A stretch of DNA of 64,000 nt from an uncultured Clostridia bacterium (GCA_944350115.1 CALVNZ010000001.1:93378-157377); one strand, 5' to 3'. Positions 19,246 to 28,388 are shown, counted from the stretch's first letter. The notes: generated from the sequence alone by a model not told the origin. Translations and numbers: made by a program.

Positions 19246-19328
19246 GCGGCTATGGCGGAACTGGCAGACGCGCTGGATTTAGGTTCCAGTGGGAAACCGT
19301 GGAGGTTCAAATCCTCTTAGCCGCACCA
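19246..19328 (+). tRNA. tRNA-Leu (anticodon UAG), CCA encoded
   Basis: Acceptor GCGGCTA/TAGCCGC. Anticodon arm CTGGA-TTTAGGT-TCCAG. Long variable arm. T-arm GGAGGTTCAAATCCTCT. Confidence 0.9.
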
Positions 19329-19348
19329 AAACAAAAAAAAATTTAAAA

Positions 19349-19551
19349 GCTGGATTTACTGCAAGCGAAATTTTGCAAAGCGACACGAAAGTGGCATTTA
19401 TGCAAAATAAGTGAAGCAGCATCAAGAAAACACTGGACCGAAAAGGCCAAAATGCCATGCATTTGATTTTGAAGAATTCAAAAAAGTGTTTTCGCAGATA
19501 TGTTCCAGTGGGAAACCGTGGAGGTTCAAATCCTCTTAGCCGCACCAAAAA
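19349..19551 (+). pseudogene. Partial second tRNA-Leu copy: 10-nt anticodon-stem fragment, 143-nt insert, then the 3' 46 nt including CCA
   Basis: 19349-19358 (gctggattta) equals 19272-19281. 19502-19551 equals 19283-19332 (50/50). There is no acceptor 5' strand or D-arm. Confidence 0.8.
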
Positions 19552-19583
19552 ACATTCTCCTTTTGCTTGAGAATGTTTTTTTA
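19551..19583 (+). terminator. Rho-independent terminator closing the tRNA-Leu transcription unit
   Basis: aacattctc / gagaatgtt 9-bp stem followed by a 7-T run. Confidence 0.7.
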
Positions 19584-19908
19584 TATTATTTTAAATTCGC
19601 AAATTTAAAGGTCTGAACATATCATGTTTTAGGATTTTTTATGAAAAAATTTTTTTATAGCAATCATTGTCAAAGTTTTCCTAAAGATTTAATTTTAAAA
19701 GAAAAACCATGGTGCAACAAAGAGATAATCAATGTAATAGGTCCAACTTGTCCTAGTGAAGGACCAACTGGAGCAAGTTGATACAGCCCTGCTTTCTGGG
19801 ACCACATCGGGAATTCCATATGATTCTGTAACTGATTTAGAAAATAATAATTCTTCAGCAACAGTCAGCGATCAAAGATAAAAAACGCTCCTAATGGAGC
19901 GTTTTTTG

Positions 19909-20070
19909 TTATTCGCCTTTGCGAACATAATATGAACCAGAGTGTTGTGTTGCTGGGAATCTTTCGCCTTTGTTTAAGCGAACTTCTCCCCCGCATTTAC
20001 CTTGCTCATCATAACAAGAATAAGTTGCAGTTTCTGGAGCTTGTTCTCCAGGCACAAATGATGTTTGCAT
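19909..20070 (-). CDS. YjzC-like small protein (53 aa), missed by the ORF track
   Basis: RBS gaggt lies 8 nt upstream of the ATG. Translation MQTSFVPGEQAPETATYSCYDEQGKCGGEVRLNKGERFPATQHSGSYYVRKGE fits the YjzC pattern (PGE.AP..G.Y......G......v.L.kGe.FP.t). A bidirectional terminator lies at 19878-19906. Confidence 0.6.
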   Translation of the reverse strand: MQTSFVPGEQAPETATYSCYDEQGKCGGEVRLNKGERFPATQHSGSYYVRKGE

Positions 20071-20141
20071 GTTTTTTACCTCTCAACTTTATTTTGTGCA
20101 AAACGTTTCACATTATTTATTAGTTTTGAATAAAAATCATT

Positions 20142-20933
20142 ATGACAAAATTTCAAAAAGCCTACAAATTTGCAAAAAAAAGCATTTGGAAAGATGATAC
20201 TTTAGATGAAGTCATTTTAAATTTATCAAAAACTGTTTTTAAAAACATGAAAAAAAATTGCACAAAAACCAAAAAGTTTTTTTGGCTGACAGGACAAAGC
20301 GGATCTGGTAAAACTTCTCAATTATATGAAGCGACTAAACACTTTTGCCAAAATCATAATATTAAACCTATTCATTTCGCTGTTAGAAATTTTGCAATCT
20401 ATCATCCAAAAGCAAAAGCTTTTGAAAAAAACACAAATTTTCGAGAAATTACAAATGGCTTCGCATTAAAGCTTTTAATTTGCGTATTGAATTTAGCAAT
20501 CTCTGAAGGATATGACATTGTTTTGGAAATATGCTTCCTTGACAATGTTTTTCAAAAGTTTGTTTTGGATAATTTACTAAGACAAAATTACAAATTAAGC
20601 TTGCAGATTATGGCAGTCAACAAAACACTTTCAAAATATTTTGTATATAAACGAAGTTTACGGATTCCCCGAAAAACCAATCTTTCATCTTTTAACTATT
20701 TTTACAAACATATGGGTTCAGGATTAAACTACATCTGCCGACACTATGATGTGAATTGTTGCATTTGGTCTGCATATAACAAATCCCCGATTTTTATTGG
20801 AAAAATAAAATTTGCTAAAAAAACATTTAAAAATCAAAGAAAAATATTAAAAAATTTAATTTTTGATGAAAAAACCTTATTAAAATCTAAAATTATTGTT
20901 TTGGAAGAATTATATCAGGATGATTTTTTTTAA
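20142..20933 (+). CDS. P-loop kinase, zeta-toxin/AAA_33-like
   Basis: Walker A LTGQSGSGKTSQL near residue 50. Size and layout fit zeta-type kinases. Very AT-rich. No adjacent antitoxin-like ORF was seen. Confidence 0.45.
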   Translation: MTKFQKAYKFAKKSIWKDDTLDEVILNLSKTVFKNMKKNCTKTKKFFWLTGQSGSGKTSQLYEATKHFCQNHNIKPIHFAVRNFAIYHPKAKAFEKNTNFREITNGFALKLLICVLNLAISEGYDIVLEICFLDNVFQKFVLDNLLRQNYKLSLQIMAVNKTLSKYFVYKRSLRIPRKTNLSSFNYFYKHMGSGLNYICRHYDVNCCIWSAYNKSPIFIGKIKFAKKTFKNQRKILKNLIFDEKTLLKSKIIVLEELYQDDFF

Positions 20934-21705
20934 TATAACAAATATATTTTTTCTCTATGTATTTCCACATGAAAATTAAATTATTTAATTCTTTTTTATT
21001 TATTTTTTTATTGAATTTTTTTTCATAAGAATTTAATAAATAATTTTTATAGCTTTTGTCCAATCTCCCTACAAGTCTTGCGATGTCATTCGTCGGAGAA
21101 GAATAACTTGCAAAGGCAAAATCTAAAATAGCATAAAGTTTCCCTTTTCTAATTAAAATGTTGCCTGGGTTTAAGTCACCATGTGTTAAAACCACTTTTT
21201 CTTTTTTTTCGATTTCGTTTAAACATTTATGTTTGCTTAAATCATAATTAACTCCGCTAACTTTTGACAAGCCTTTCAAAAATTTGGAAGATTTTAAAAG
21301 TTTCGTTGGATAATTCAGAACACTTAAATGTTTTACAAAATCACAAATGTCTTCTGCAAGCTTTTTCTTTTTTCTTTCGCTTAACTTGCATTCGTTTAGC
21401 GGTCTGCCTTTGATTTGATCATGCACAGAAAAAGGCTTGCCGTTTTCATACAATAATTTCATATTCGGCGTTTTTATTTTTAAGTTTTGTGTTTTCAAAA
21501 AATCACAAAAATTTTTTTCTTTTATCAAAGCTTGCCTAAAAAAATCATTTCTAGGAAATCTATAAATTAATTTTTTGTGGGCAGTCTTAACCAAAAAAAC
21601 AAAATTAGTCCATCCAGTTTTTATAGGTTCAATTTTTTTTATATGTTTAACCGACTTGTTGATTATTTTTACAAAATCATCTTCTCTAACAAAAAATTTT
21701 CTCAT
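20893..21705 (-). CDS. Aminoglycoside/choline-kinase-type phosphotransferase (APH family)
   Basis: Brenner motif HGDLNPGNIL and the ILDFAFASY (DFG-like) block. It starts 21 nt downstream of glmS on the same strand. Confidence 0.7.
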   Translation of the reverse strand: MRKFFVREDDFVKIINKSVKHIKKIEPIKTGWTNFVFLVKTAHKKLIYRFPRNDFFRQALIKEKNFCDFLKTQNLKIKTPNMKLLYENGKPFSVHDQIKGRPLNECKLSERKKKKLAEDICDFVKHLSVLNYPTKLLKSSKFLKGLSKVSGVNYDLSKHKCLNEIEKKEKVVLTHGDLNPGNILIRKGKLYAILDFAFASYSSPTNDIARLVGRLDKSYKNYLLNSYEKKFNKKINKKELNNLIFMWKYIEKKYICYIKKNHPDIILPKQ

Positions 21706-21726
21706 AAAACTTATTTATGAAATTAG

Positions 21727-23490
21727 TTATTCAACTGTCACTGCCTTCGCAAGATTTCGAGGCATATCGGGATTGTTTCCTTTCATAACTGCAACATTAT
21801 AAGCTAAAAGCTGTAAAGGAATGGTTGTGAGCACACAAATCAAATCCTTGTCGACGTTAGGTAAGCTTAAACACATTTCAAACTTTTCTATATTAACAAG
21901 ATGTGGCGGTAAAGCTGTGATTAAATATAGCTTTGCTCCCCTAGCTTTTGCTTCAAAAGCGCTGTTCATGGTTTTTTCAATAATTTTTTTGTCCGTCGCG
22001 ATAACAATAACTGGAGTTTCTTTTTCTATTAAGGTTAAAACCCCATGTTTTAACTCACCCGCAGCAAACGCGTTACAGTTAATATAACTTATTTCTTTTA
22101 ATTTTAACGCGCCTTCAAGAGCTGTAACATAATCTGCTCCTCTACCTATAAAAAAGATGCTGTTTTCGCCAGCAATATCAAATGCAAATTTTCCTAAATT
22201 GACATAAAATCTTTCTAAAATATTCGAAAGTCTTTTAATTTTTTTTAAAGCTTTATCAAATCTTTTTTCTGTGAATGCATTTGCTAGTAAATATAGCGCT
22301 GCAACTTGACAACAATAAGCTTTCGTCGACGCCACTGCGATTTCAGGCCCTGCACTTATTGGCAATGTAATAGATGAAATAGACGCCAAAGTCGAATGTG
22401 CAACATTTGTGAGAGAAATTATTTTTTTTGTAAACTTTTTGGCTTTTTCTGCGGCAGCAATTGTATCTGCAGTTTCTCCACTTTGGCTAACAAAAATGCA
22501 AAGCGTTGTGCTGTCAAGTATTTCATAATCATATCTAAATTCGCTTGCAGTAATGGCTTCGGCATCAATTTTTAAAAATTTTTTAAAAAATCTAGCGCCC
22601 ATTAAACATGAATGAAACGCGGTTCCACAGCCAATCAATTTGACTTTGTTTATCCACCATTTTTTAATCTTTGAAAAATCGTAATCTTTTAAATTCGTAT
22701 AAAGATTTTGCAGCGCTTCTGGCGTTTCATAAATTTCTTTAAGCATAAAGTGCTCATAACCATTTTTTGAAACATCTTGCATAACTGCCATGTTTGTTAT
22801 AGGCTGTTTTATTATTTTTTCTCCTTTTATATTGTAAAAAATTACTTCTGATTGCGACACTTGTGCAAATTCTAAATCTTCCATTTTGTAATATTCACCC
22901 TCAGGAAAACATATCGGATCACTTGCTACAATCGATGTATTATCTTTGCAATAAATATAAAGTGGGCTTTTGTTTTTTGCAATAAATATGCTTCTTTCTT
23001 TGTCATTTTTCATCGCGCAAAACGCATAACTTCCTTTAAGTTTTTTTGTTGCCCAAATTAGATTTTCAACATCGTTTTTAAAATTTTTTAACGACAAAAG
23101 CGATGCAATAACTTCTGAATCAGTTTCCGTTTTAAATACATGCCCTTCTTTCACCAAATTATCTTTAAGTTCTTCGAAATTTTCTATAATACCATTGTGA
23201 ACTATTGCCCATTCACCATTTAAACTAGTAATTGGATGTGCGTTTTTTTCTGAAACTTCTCCATGCGTCGCCCACCTAGTATGGCCAATCGCAACATAAG
23301 CATCTTTTATTTCCGGACTTTTTTTTATTAGAGAGTCAATTGTTCCTTTTGTTTTGTAAGTATGTAGACCTTTGTCATTTTTTAAGCATATACCAGCTGA
23401 ATCATAGCCTCTGTATTGCAACTTTTTTAAACCCTCAAAAACGATTTTTTGACAATCCTTTGAATCAATTACCCCAACAATGCCACACAT
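21727..23490 (-). CDS. glmS: Glutamine--fructose-6-phosphate aminotransferase
   Basis: N-terminal MCGIVG nucleophile. Two SIS domains (SQSGETADT). C-terminal PRNLAKAVTVE. Confidence 0.95.
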   Translation of the reverse strand: MCGIVGVIDSKDCQKIVFEGLKKLQYRGYDSAGICLKNDKGLHTYKTKGTIDSLIKKSPEIKDAYVAIGHTRWATHGEVSEKNAHPITSLNGEWAIVHNGIIENFEELKDNLVKEGHVFKTETDSEVIASLLSLKNFKNDVENLIWATKKLKGSYAFCAMKNDKERSIFIAKNKSPLYIYCKDNTSIVASDPICFPEGEYYKMEDLEFAQVSQSEVIFYNIKGEKIIKQPITNMAVMQDVSKNGYEHFMLKEIYETPEALQNLYTNLKDYDFSKIKKWWINKVKLIGCGTAFHSCLMGARFFKKFLKIDAEAITASEFRYDYEILDSTTLCIFVSQSGETADTIAAAEKAKKFTKKIISLTNVAHSTLASISSITLPISAGPEIAVASTKAYCCQVAALYLLANAFTEKRFDKALKKIKRLSNILERFYVNLGKFAFDIAGENSIFFIGRGADYVTALEGALKLKEISYINCNAFAAGELKHGVLTLIEKETPVIVIATDKKIIEKTMNSAFEAKARGAKLYLITALPPHLVNIEKFEMCLSLPNVDKDLICVLTTIPLQLLAYNVAVMKGNNPDMPRNLAKAVTVE

Positions 23491-23647
23491 AAATTTAGAC
23501 TCCTTTCTAGTTCCATTTGTATGTTTAAAAATTTTATTTCGTGAATTTTTTCAAAAAAATTTAATAAAGTTTTGCTCTATATTAATTTGTAAAATTATTT
23601 GTTTTTTTTAATAAATTTTATTATACTTTAATTAGGGAGAGTGCTTT

Positions 23648-24271
23648 ATGAAAATATTAAAAATTGAAGCTCTTAATGATTTAAAAAAATTGCATGAAGC
23701 TTTTAACTTTTTTAAAGCATCTTTTTTTAACACCATTCAAACAGAAACTATTGCATTTTTGCCATTAAGCGATATTTATGATGCAATGGTTGAAAATTTG
23801 AAAAACAAACGAAAACTACAATTTTATGCAACATATGAAAATCAAGTTATTGGTTGCGTTATTGCGCAACCAATAAAAGGTGAAAAAGGCGCTTTGTTTA
23901 TGCCAATACTCGCAATCAGTCAAGATTATCGCGGTGGAGGAATTGCATCAAAACTTTTAGAACATCTTGAAGAGCAAGCTTCTAAACAAGGGTATTTTAG
24001 AATTAAAATGAACAGCACCCAAACCTCGTTAAATTTTATAAAGAAAAACAAATTTAAGCCGTACTTATATTTAGAAGTTGGTGCTCCCTACACACTTGAA
24101 GACGTTACAAATGCTGTCAATGATGATTACATTTTAATTGAAAAAAGTGTTGGCAAAACAATAAAAACAAAATACCTTGTTCCTTTTAACTTTGATGAAA
24201 AAGACTTGACACCTTTAAAGAAAAAATTTAAAAATCTCAACTATAAAATTTTGTTTGAAAAAAGATTTTAA
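23648..24271 (+). CDS. GNAT-family N-acetyltransferase
   Basis: Motif A QDYRGGGIASKLLEHLEEQA (Q/R-x-x-G-x-G/A). Confidence 0.65.
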   Translation: MKILKIEALNDLKKLHEAFNFFKASFFNTIQTETIAFLPLSDIYDAMVENLKNKRKLQFYATYENQVIGCVIAQPIKGEKGALFMPILAISQDYRGGGIASKLLEHLEEQASKQGYFRIKMNSTQTSLNFIKKNKFKPYLYLEVGAPYTLEDVTNAVNDDYILIEKSVGKTIKTKYLVPFNFDEKDLTPLKKKFKNLNYKILFEKRF

Positions 24272-24349
24272 CCTTTGCTTTTGTAAAGGTTTTTTTAAAC
24301 GCATAAAAGCTTTGGTTTTACTCACAATAGACTCAAGGAGAAAACTTTT

Positions 24350-25075
24350 ATGCCAAATAAAAACAATAAAACTTTTATTTTTGATGAATACAATCTGAAA
24401 ACAAAAACAAAAGGAAAATGGTTTGATCTCGTCCTTGCAAACATGCTTGCTTTGGCATTCACAGCACTTGGATTTTTTACGCCTTTATTAAGCTTAGCTC
24501 TTGCATTTGTTGTGATGTCTTATATGCAAATAGCAGTTTATTACTATGTTTTAAATTCATACAGAGAAATAGAAGTTGATTTTTCTAACATTTCCCCGCC
24601 TTTTAAGAGTGTGCTTAAAATTTTGTGCATTAAAATAATCGCTCTTTCGGGCATGTTTTTATGGGGTTTATTATTAATTGTGCCAGGCGTCATTTATGGT
24701 CTTAATTGTGCTTACGCAGGATTAATATTTATTGATGATCCAAAACTTACAATAAAACAAATTTTCGCAAAATCAAAAGAGTTGGTTGTTGGAAAAAGAA
24801 TTATGATTTTACTTGTAGCTTTAATAGGCTTGATTATAATTTGTGCGGCCGCTTCCATCGGTGTTGGCATAAATTTTCTTTTTAATTTGGCATTTACTGT
24901 TCCGACAGCTTTGACGGCTGTTTTGATAATTTTACCAATTATAATAGCCTTTATTACAGCGTCAGCTCCACTTTTTCAATTTTATTTGGTTGCAACTTAT
25001 GATCAATCTCAAAATAAAAGCTTAATTCAAAAAAAATCTAAAAACGTTTCAAAATCAAAAAAAGATGTGATATAA
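24350..25075 (+). CDS. DUF975-like polytopic membrane protein
   Basis: Short cytosolic N-terminus with a K.KGKW motif followed by 5-6 TM helices, then a Lys-rich tail. Confidence 0.45.
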   Translation: MPNKNNKTFIFDEYNLKTKTKGKWFDLVLANMLALAFTALGFFTPLLSLALAFVVMSYMQIAVYYYVLNSYREIEVDFSNISPPFKSVLKILCIKIIALSGMFLWGLLLIVPGVIYGLNCAYAGLIFIDDPKLTIKQIFAKSKELVVGKRIMILLVALIGLIIICAAASIGVGINFLFNLAFTVPTALTAVLIILPIIIAFITASAPLFQFYLVATYDQSQNKSLIQKKSKNVSKSKKDVI

Positions 25076-25101
25076 TCTTCTTATAAAAAAGGAGAAAAAC
25101 T

Positions 25102-25662
25102 TTGGATAAAGAAGATTTTGTAACAAAAGCTGATGCTTTTCAAGGTTTCACACAACTTCGAAGCATAATGAACGATTGCATTGAAAATCCGGAAAATTAT
25201 GCCAAGTCTTTTCTTGACATGTTTGCAGAAGTGGGTTCACTTGCTATGGAAGGCAACGCAATAGCACAAGATGTTATGAGTTACTACTATAAAGATGGCG
25301 TTAAAGGTTTTGTGCCACAAAATTACGATTTGTATATGCAATGGGCAATTTTAGCTGCTGCAAATGGCAATGAATTTACTATCGAAAAACTACAATTCTT
25401 TTTAAATTATGCTTTTGAAGAAATTGTTGATAACGATAAATTACAACAAATTTTAGAAAAAAACGATATAGATGAAAAAAATTATGTTTTCGTTCTTGGA
25501 AATCTTTTATGCGAAGGAATTGTTGACGAACTCCAAATAACAGCAAAAAAACTTGTTGAAACTCAAAATAAAGAGTCCTTATACACTCCAGAAAAATTGC
25601 GATCATATAGAAGAGCTCTCGACAAAGCCTTGCCAAAGGTTTTAGATTACCTGTTAGTTTAA
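25102..25662 (+). CDS. Sel1-like repeat protein (hypothetical)
   Basis: EGNAIAQDVMSYYYKDGVKGFVPQNYDLYMQWAILAAANGN fits the Sel1 repeat consensus. TTG start lies after RBS aaggag. Confidence 0.45.
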   Translation: MDKEDFVTKADAFQGFTQLRSIMNDCIENPENYAKSFLDMFAEVGSLAMEGNAIAQDVMSYYYKDGVKGFVPQNYDLYMQWAILAAANGNEFTIEKLQFFLNYAFEEIVDNDKLQQILEKNDIDEKNYVFVLGNLLCEGIVDELQITAKKLVETQNKESLYTPEKLRSYRRALDKALPKVLDYLLV

Positions 25663-26133
25663 ATTATTTAAACTAACCGTCATAACGTCACCTATCTCAA
25701 ATAAATCAGCTGAAAGTCTCATTCTTTGAAAAATTAAGCCGACGAGAAATTCATACTCGTCGCTTTTTTGTGCTAATAAAAAGAGTTTAATCAAAAGCCT
25801 ATTTTCAAGACTAATTGCATTTAAAAAACATTTCGTTTTATTCCAATTTACTTTAAAACCCCTGTTTTGTTTATATGAAAACTTACTGCGCAACAAATCA
25901 ATTTGCTCTTCATTTAAGCTATAAAATTTATCGCAACCCATAAAGTTCCCTATCGCCCTATAAGAAGCACGAAGTTTAAACATCAAATCGAAAACTTCAT
26001 CAATAAGAATGTTGACACCTTCATTATCTAAACGAACAAAAATGAATCCTTTTTCTTTTAACGAATCTGAATAGGCTTTTGCTAAAACCTCATATTCATC
26101 TGGAGTAGGACAAACAAAATCGTCATATTCCAT
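25654..26133 (-). CDS. Hypothetical 159-aa protein immediately downstream of the T4CP gene
   Basis: RBS agaggtg. No recognisable motif. Confidence 0.5.
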   Translation of the reverse strand: MEYDDFVCPTPDEYEVLAKAYSDSLKEKGFIFVRLDNEGVNILIDEVFDLMFKLRASYRAIGNFMGCDKFYSLNEEQIDLLRSKFSYKQNRGFKVNWNKTKCFLNAISLENRLLIKLFLLAQKSDEYEFLVGLIFQRMRLSADLFEIGDVMTVSLNNLN

Positions 26134-26183
26134 AGCTCACACCTCTGCTTTAAATATGACGAAATTGAAATTTCTGTTACTTT

Positions 26184-26219
26184 TAAAAACAAAAAAAGAA
26201 GAGAGTTTCTTCTCTTCTT
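26184..26219 (-). terminator. Rho-independent terminator after the T4CP gene
   Basis: 9-bp stem aagaagaga / tctcttctt. On the minus strand it is followed by tttttttgttttt. Confidence 0.55.
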
Positions 26220-28205
26220 TTACCAATTAACTCTGCCAGTAACCATAGAATTTCTTCTATCAATATCATAGAAAACTCTGTTTTCATCCAAAGAATTGCC
26301 AAATCTTGGCGCAGTGATTGGTGGATATTTTGTCATTTGGCTTGTTTTGTACCATGGCATTGGTTTTATTTTTAATGGGTTGTATCTAAAAATCTTTACA
26401 ATTCCTGTTCCAAATGGTAAAAGTGAAAGTTCATAAGGGTCAACCAGTGGTCTTGTAACTCTTTGTTGAGAAGTTGAAAGAGATGTTGAACTTTCCTTTC
26501 CTTTATTTTCAGTTTTTGATTCTTCTTTTGTCACCAATTGAATTTCACCACAACTCTTTGAAAAAGCTTCTCTTGTGTTTGGATCTTCCGTTCCCAAGAA
26601 AACTTGAATGTTGAAATTGCTTTTTAAAGTTTCAGCAACTTCTTTGCCATATTTAGTGTCAAGCTGTGTGAAAGATTGAATAACAATTTCAAATATGATG
26701 TTTCTTGAACGAGCAACAGTCACCATGGTTCCAAAATCTTGAATAACCGGCAAGTTGCCAAACTCATCAAGCAAGAAATAAACGTGCCTTGGCAATTTTT
26801 GTTTTGGGTATTTATTGGCAATGTCAACAAGCGATCTATAAAGCTGTGCGATGCAAATGGTTGCAAGTGGATGACGTTCTTTTTTATGATCAGGGATTTT
26901 AATAAAGAAAGCTGTTGGTCTGTCAATGAATTCATTAAATTTTATGTCTGAACCAGAAGTTGCATAACAAATACCCATATCGCTCATCAAACTGTTAATC
27001 TTTCCAGACAAAACTGAAAGATATGATTTTGTTGTAGAAGGTGCTGAATTGACAATAGGCAAAGTCATAATGGAAACGTCAGAAGTTTTGGCTCTTCCCA
27101 TACAAAATCTTTTTAGAGGCCCAAAAGGATTTTCTGGATCGTTTGGATCCTTTTTGTTTGCAATTTTATAAAGATTGTAAAAATTGTATTGATCTTCTCT
27201 TAATTTATTTTCGCCTAATCTCGCATCGACACTATCTTCAAGCATAGCGATCATAATTCCATACAAAAAGTCTTGTGCCCCTTGCTCCCACATGGTGTCT
27301 TGCGTGCCTTGTGAAACTGGACATAACGATGAAGCCACCCCTTTTAAATCAAATGTCGCATCATTAATAAGCTGTTGTTTTTTTGTTTCTAATTGTCTTT
27401 TCAAAGATTCTTCATCTGGGAAAGCAACCCCATCGAACTCAAACCAAACATCACCATATTCAGCATTTGCCATGCGTTCTTTGCCCGCTTGTTCAGGAGT
27501 GCAGTTTTGATATTTTTTAGCTTCTTTATACAAATTTAATGCCCTGTGATATGTCTTGAAAGGTTTCTCCATAGGGTTCCATCTTGATGATGAATATGGA
27601 TTGTCAAGGTCATAAACGCGAACATCATAACCTTCTTCTTGAAGCGCTTTTGCGTGGTTGTTGTAAAGCTCGCCTTTTGGGTCTGCAATAACCATTGATG
27701 GTTTTTCAGCAGAATGGGCAAAAATTCTAATAGTTGGCTCCAAAATCATGGTGGTTTTACCAGTTCCTGTTGTTCCGATGATCAGTGAGTGTGTTTCATC
27801 TTTCATGGATATTTCATATCTTGAACCAACATTTTCGTTACGAAAAACCATGCCTGTGTTTTTTAAAGAAGGCAAACTGCTCCAAGTTGTGTTAATCAAA
27901 AATTTGTCTTGTAATATTTTTTCTCTAGTTAAAAACCCTGCGTCGAAATGCAAATCGAATTCTTGCCCTTGTGCCGTTTTCCCTTTTTTTTGTAAACCTT
28001 TCTCTTTTTTAGGTCTAAAATAAAAAGCAAGCAACACGCCTGAAATTGCACCAATTCCCAAACCAATGAGCGCGGCATCGCCTTTTAGTAAATCCGTTGA
28101 CCAAGTTGTGTCATTTAAAGCATAACCTGCACCTATTCCAATTCCGTAACCAATTAGTAAAAAAACGACTACATAAATAAGTAAGTTAACTAAAAATTTT
28201 TTCAT
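26220..28205 (-). CDS. Type IV secretion coupling protein (TraG/VirD4/TraD family ATPase)
   Basis: Two N-terminal TM helices. Walker A GTTGTGKTT, Walker B FLLDEFGNLP. Size is 661 aa. Confidence 0.8.
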   Translation of the reverse strand: MKKFLVNLLIYVVVFLLIGYGIGIGAGYALNDTTWSTDLLKGDAALIGLGIGAISGVLLAFYFRPKKEKGLQKKGKTAQGQEFDLHFDAGFLTREKILQDKFLINTTWSSLPSLKNTGMVFRNENVGSRYEISMKDETHSLIIGTTGTGKTTMILEPTIRIFAHSAEKPSMVIADPKGELYNNHAKALQEEGYDVRVYDLDNPYSSSRWNPMEKPFKTYHRALNLYKEAKKYQNCTPEQAGKERMANAEYGDVWFEFDGVAFPDEESLKRQLETKKQQLINDATFDLKGVASSLCPVSQGTQDTMWEQGAQDFLYGIMIAMLEDSVDARLGENKLREDQYNFYNLYKIANKKDPNDPENPFGPLKRFCMGRAKTSDVSIMTLPIVNSAPSTTKSYLSVLSGKINSLMSDMGICYATSGSDIKFNEFIDRPTAFFIKIPDHKKERHPLATICIAQLYRSLVDIANKYPKQKLPRHVYFLLDEFGNLPVIQDFGTMVTVARSRNIIFEIVIQSFTQLDTKYGKEVAETLKSNFNIQVFLGTEDPNTREAFSKSCGEIQLVTKEESKTENKGKESSTSLSTSQQRVTRPLVDPYELSLLPFGTGIVKIFRYNPLKIKPMPWYKTSQMTKYPPITAPRFGNSLDENRVFYDIDRRNSMVTGRVNW

Positions 28206-28349
28206 AAATTTCTCCTAACTGTATGAATATAGTTTAGCACAAAAAAGACAATATTAAAAATAAAAATTACAATTTGTTTCAAATAATATCTTCTGTTAAC
28301 AAACATATTTAAAAAAACAAAGCAAAAAAAATATAAATCTGCAAAAAAG

Positions 28350-28378
28350 TTGAAAAAATAAAAAATTTACACTATAAT
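28350..28378 (+). promoter_or_regulatory. Sigma-A-type promoter in front of the tRNA-Arg 5' fragment
   Basis: TTGAAA (28350-28355), 17-nt spacer, TATAAT (28373-28378). The fragment starts 11 nt downstream. Confidence 0.6.
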
Positions 28379-28388
28379 AAACAAGTAA

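Noticed and set aside
19279-19548. 89-aa minus-strand track ORF
   Set aside because: It is generated by reading through the tRNA-Leu 3' half and its 50-nt duplicate; both ends encode the same VRLRGFEPPRFPTGT peptide. It has no RBS and is an artefact of the repeat.
19641-19781. 46-codon ORF MKKFFYSNHCQSFPKDLILKEKPWCNKEIINVIGPTCPSEGPTGAS between the tRNA-Leu terminator and the YjzC-like gene
   Set aside because: It has only a weak AGGA RBS, no recognisable family and a TGA stop with no downstream support. I kept it as a note but there is not enough evidence to call a gene.
19932-20123. 63-aa plus-strand track ORF
   Set aside because: It is antisense to a better-supported YjzC-like gene, which has an RBS, a terminator and a family-like motif. 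The track ORF has no RBS.
23491-23647. glmS ribozyme upstream of glmS
   Set aside because: The 157-bp upstream region is almost pure A/T promoter-like sequence shared with the divergent GNAT gene. None of the conserved GC-rich ribozyme core segments are present.
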